Positions 60,669 to 64,000 of a stretch of DNA of 64,000 nucleotides are shown here, one piece after another. The notes below the pieces were generated by a model. The model was given only the letters and a program-made list of their open reading frames with translations, searched no databases and was not told the origin of the DNA. Positions within the stretch are counted from its first letter, which is position 1. Each line of letters opens with the position of its first letter. The position numbers and the translations under genes were made by a program. This DNA comes from Puccinia triticina (taxonomy: Eukaryota), in the NCBI GenBank assembly GCA_026914245.1, contig CP110440.1:3906001-3970000 (forward strand), given 5' to 3'.

Positions 60669-63125
60669 TCAATGGAGGGCGGCTTGTTGGCGGATGTATT
60701 CGATCAAAGCGCGGACGGGTCGGCCAGTGAGTCCTTTCGGATTGACCGGGTCGGGCAGGGTGCATTCCATAGCTCCAGCTACCAGAAATAACCGGGGTGC
60801 ATTAGTAAAGGATGTTGGGATGAGACGGATTGTGGGGCAGGGCGGAGGGACGTACCGATGTCGATGTGGGCATACTCGACCGCATCTTCGGCTTGCTCGG
60901 ATCCTTCCTTTGCGTTACACGCCAAGCCGTCCACGAACTCTCTCAAGAAGATCGCGGCAGTACAAGACTTTCATGCGCCGCATCAAACATATCAGTCAAC
61001 CTCTTTTTGTCGACAGAGAAAGCCTCAAGAGGAGAGCTTTTTTTCTGCAACAGTAAGGAACTCACACCGGCGGTCCGGCCCCCCGTGTTGCAGAGATCGG
61101 CATTAGATGAGTCGATCTGTCGCATATAGAAGTCGTCGAACGGCATCCGCCAGAACCGGTCATGTTCAGCTTTGCCCGCCGAGTCCAAGTGGCTCCATAA
61201 GTTGTCCGAGGTCGAGAAAACTCCCGAGAACGGCTCGCCTAGTCTGTTCACAAAAACCGCCCCTCAAGCTCGTCAGAAATAAAATCGCTTCTCCAAAACG
61301 TGGAACCAACGGGGGGGTTTCTTTTTTGTGCGGATGATGAGAAGAGCGCCTCGGAGTGTGGGTATCGCTTACGCTATCATCATGGCCCCCGTAAGCGTGG
61401 CACAATCTGGAGTAGGGAAGAAGGCCGGGCCGATCAATTTACGTGCCCCGAATGGATGAAGTCAAGGGAAAAAGATATGTATATGTACCGATGACAGTTT
61501 TAGGTTTGTAGACGGACGAGGCGTAGTACAGGGCATCGGCCAAGACCAAACGACCCTCAGCATCGGTGTTGTCGACTTATACGAAGAGCACGGCGGATCG
61601 TCAGCAAACCAGTGCATGTTTGTAGTGCTTCTTCTGTCTGCGAGTGGGTGGGGGACTAACCTTCAATGCTCTTCCCGTTCATGGCATAGATGATGTCGCC
61701 TGGCTTGGTGGCATGGCCGCTGGGCATGTTTTCTGCGTCCACGCGTTTCCATCTCAGCAATACGGCCCTGAACACAGAACTCTCTGGGGAAAGAGAGAGA
61801 GAGAAAGGGATTGAGCGGACCTGTCAATGGGGTGCATATGAGGATATCGATCGGGATGGCCAACTTGGCGATCGCCCAAGCGGCGCTCGTCACCGTCGCC
61901 GCGCCGCCCATATCGGCCCTCATCAGTTTCATCCCGGCCCCGCCCTTAATAGAGATCCCTCCAGAATCTGTATACCACGGAAGTCGATATCCAGCTCAGC
62001 TGAGGGATGATACAGCGTGCTTCTGCAGAAGAGATGGGCATACCAAAGGTGATCCCTTTGCCGACAAGCGCCACCGTCGGCTTGAATCCGCCTGCCCCGC
62101 CGCTCGCGCCCTTGTAGTGGATCTCTAGAAACTTGCATGGCTCGTTCGTACCCCGAGCCACCGATAGGAACGAGTTCATCTTTTTGGCCTCGGCCCAAGC
62201 TTAGAAAACACCGACCAAAGGGACAAGCAAAAAACAGAAGCGATGATGGTGAGAAAAGGAGAGCCAAGACAAGGTAAGATACGGGGGTGCGAACATTTAT
62301 CGTGGACGTGGATGTCAACGTTCTTGATGCCCTGGAACTCCTTGGTGATCCTCTCGCAGAACAGGGTCGGGGTCATCAGGTTAGCCGGGCTTTCCATGAG
62401 CTCCCGGGCGAGGTTCTGGGCCTGGCCGAAGACGAGGCCGGATGCCCAGTCGAGCCCGATGAGCTTGCCGTTCGCCTTCTCGATCGACAGTTGTGCGGGC
62501 TGGTCGGTCAGCGGCTTGTAGGTGATCGGGGTCCGTTTCTCGACAGCATCTTTCTTCGTCTTGAGACTCTGTTGTGACACACAGAAAAAGAGAAGGAGAG
62601 AGAGACAAGCATGAGTGATATGGAAGAACGGCGAAGGGAGCGATGCGGAGCACTGACGTAATTAAAGGTCGAGACGGTGGCTCCGACGGCGGCAGCATGG
62701 GAGCTCCAGACGGTGTCGACAAGGACCTCTCTGGTATGGTTGATATGTTCCTTCAAGGCCTTTGCGCCAGAGCCGACGATCTTGCGGGTCTTGTCGGCCT
62801 TCTCGATCTCGGAGAGTCCGTCGGCGATCTTGCCGGTGCCGACGGCAGCGATGGCGGTGGACTCGGGGCCGAAGAAGACCTTGGTCTCGAGCGGCTTGCC
62901 CTTTACCGCGGCGTTCTTCCAGTGCTCGCCGAGGATGGCGTGGTACTTGGTGGATGCACTCGTCGGCTGGGCCGCCGTCCCGTCCGGCTTGACCGCGAGG
63001 ACTACCCCCGGTGCTGTGGCTGTGGTCGACATCCTGGCTGATCGGCTCGTGAGTGGTTGGGCTGGGATGGTCGTGGGTGTGGGCAGGTGGAGGGGATGGT
63101 GGGATCGGAGCAGTCGAGGAAGCAT
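60669..63125 (-). CDS. Leucyl aminopeptidase, peptidase family M17 (multi-exon)
   Basis: [64 protein letters not shown]. Confidence 0.92.
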
Positions 63126-63236
63126 CTAAGGCTCTTCACAGCACTTTCTCACAGCAAAAAACACAAAAACACTTCTCCCAGGAAGCATCCACTCAGCGGC
63201 TCAGTTTCATCCCGCTGACTTCTCTGTCACGGGACA

Positions 63237-63464
63237 GACTACCAAAAATTACCACATGCACTCCAATAAGTAGTGTATTTCTGTGGAATCCAAAAACATT
63301 GGAGTGCACAGTGCTCCACTCAAAAGAAATTGGAGTGTGATTGGCCACCCCAAGAAAATGAGATTTTGCCACTCCATTTTCTTTGGAGTGGAACACTGTG
63401 CACTCCAACAATGGTTGAAGTGGACTACTTTTTTTTGGAGTGCATGTGGCAATTTTTAGTAGTG
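63237..63464. mobile_element. CACTA-like palindromic MITE just upstream of the aminopeptidase
   Basis: ctaccaaaaattaccacatgcactccaa / ttggagtgcatgtggcaatttttagtagtg; internal ggagtg/cactcc palindromes. Confidence 0.6.
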
Positions 63465-64000
63465 TGTGAAGACTGCCCCATTCCCTGGATGCCTATTAAC
63501 ACCTTGTGTTGATCTGGATGCACCTTCATTGAGCAAGCCTCTCAGCAACACCACAAGAGCCACACTGCGCGTAGCAAAAGCGTAGGAATTTTGACCCCAC
63601 TTTGCTACACTTCTAGTAGCGGGCTAGGTGCTATGCTTTTCACTACTTTTCTTAATGGAAAAATGCACAAAAATAGCAAGCTATCTTCAGCGGCAAGTAG
63701 CAGCATTCTGCTACACTTCTTGCTGCAGTAGTGGGAAAAACACTACGTGAGTGATTTTGCTGTGCTACTGTGTGTCAGCCAAATTTCAATCCTCAACATC
63801 ATAAAGTGTTGGAGGATTGATGAATAATTAGTATCTGTGGCATTTTCCACCAAAAAGCAAACTTGCCCACTACACTTTTGGCACAAAAGCAGCCCCATTT
63901 GCTACACTTTTGGCGCTACAGAGCGCTTATAGCGCCAGAAAGTGCCAAAAAGTGCCAATTCAGCCGCTACACCAAACTTTACCAAAATCAGAAAAAACCT

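Overview
Eukaryotic, intron-containing, TE-dense DNA whose genes and transposon content look like a rust fungus (Puccinia-like basidiomycete; inference). The first ~45 kb is almost all nested transposons: a full-length minus-strand Ty3/Gypsy element (4791-14608), a PIF/Harbinger with both genes (16588-19865), a (TA)n-flanked foldback element, a Helitron, a chromovirus remnant, a MULE-like element, solo LTRs and many MITEs. Two candidate secreted genes sit among them: a small Cys protein and a degraded OTU protease. The last ~19 kb holds host genes: a GYP8-like TBC RabGAP, a Q/P-rich protein, a spliced 788-aa effector-like protein and an M17 leucyl aminopeptidase. The most unusual object is the Gypsy family. 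It has TG...TA LTRs, 4-bp CpG-centred target duplications, a ~51-nt intronless tRNA-Tyr copy as PBS, gag-PR and RT-RH-INT separated by a long structured spacer, and three homologous ~100-nt GT-AG intron-like cassettes placed before gag, after gag and over the pol stop. All exon models and boundaries were read by eye; no searches were run.
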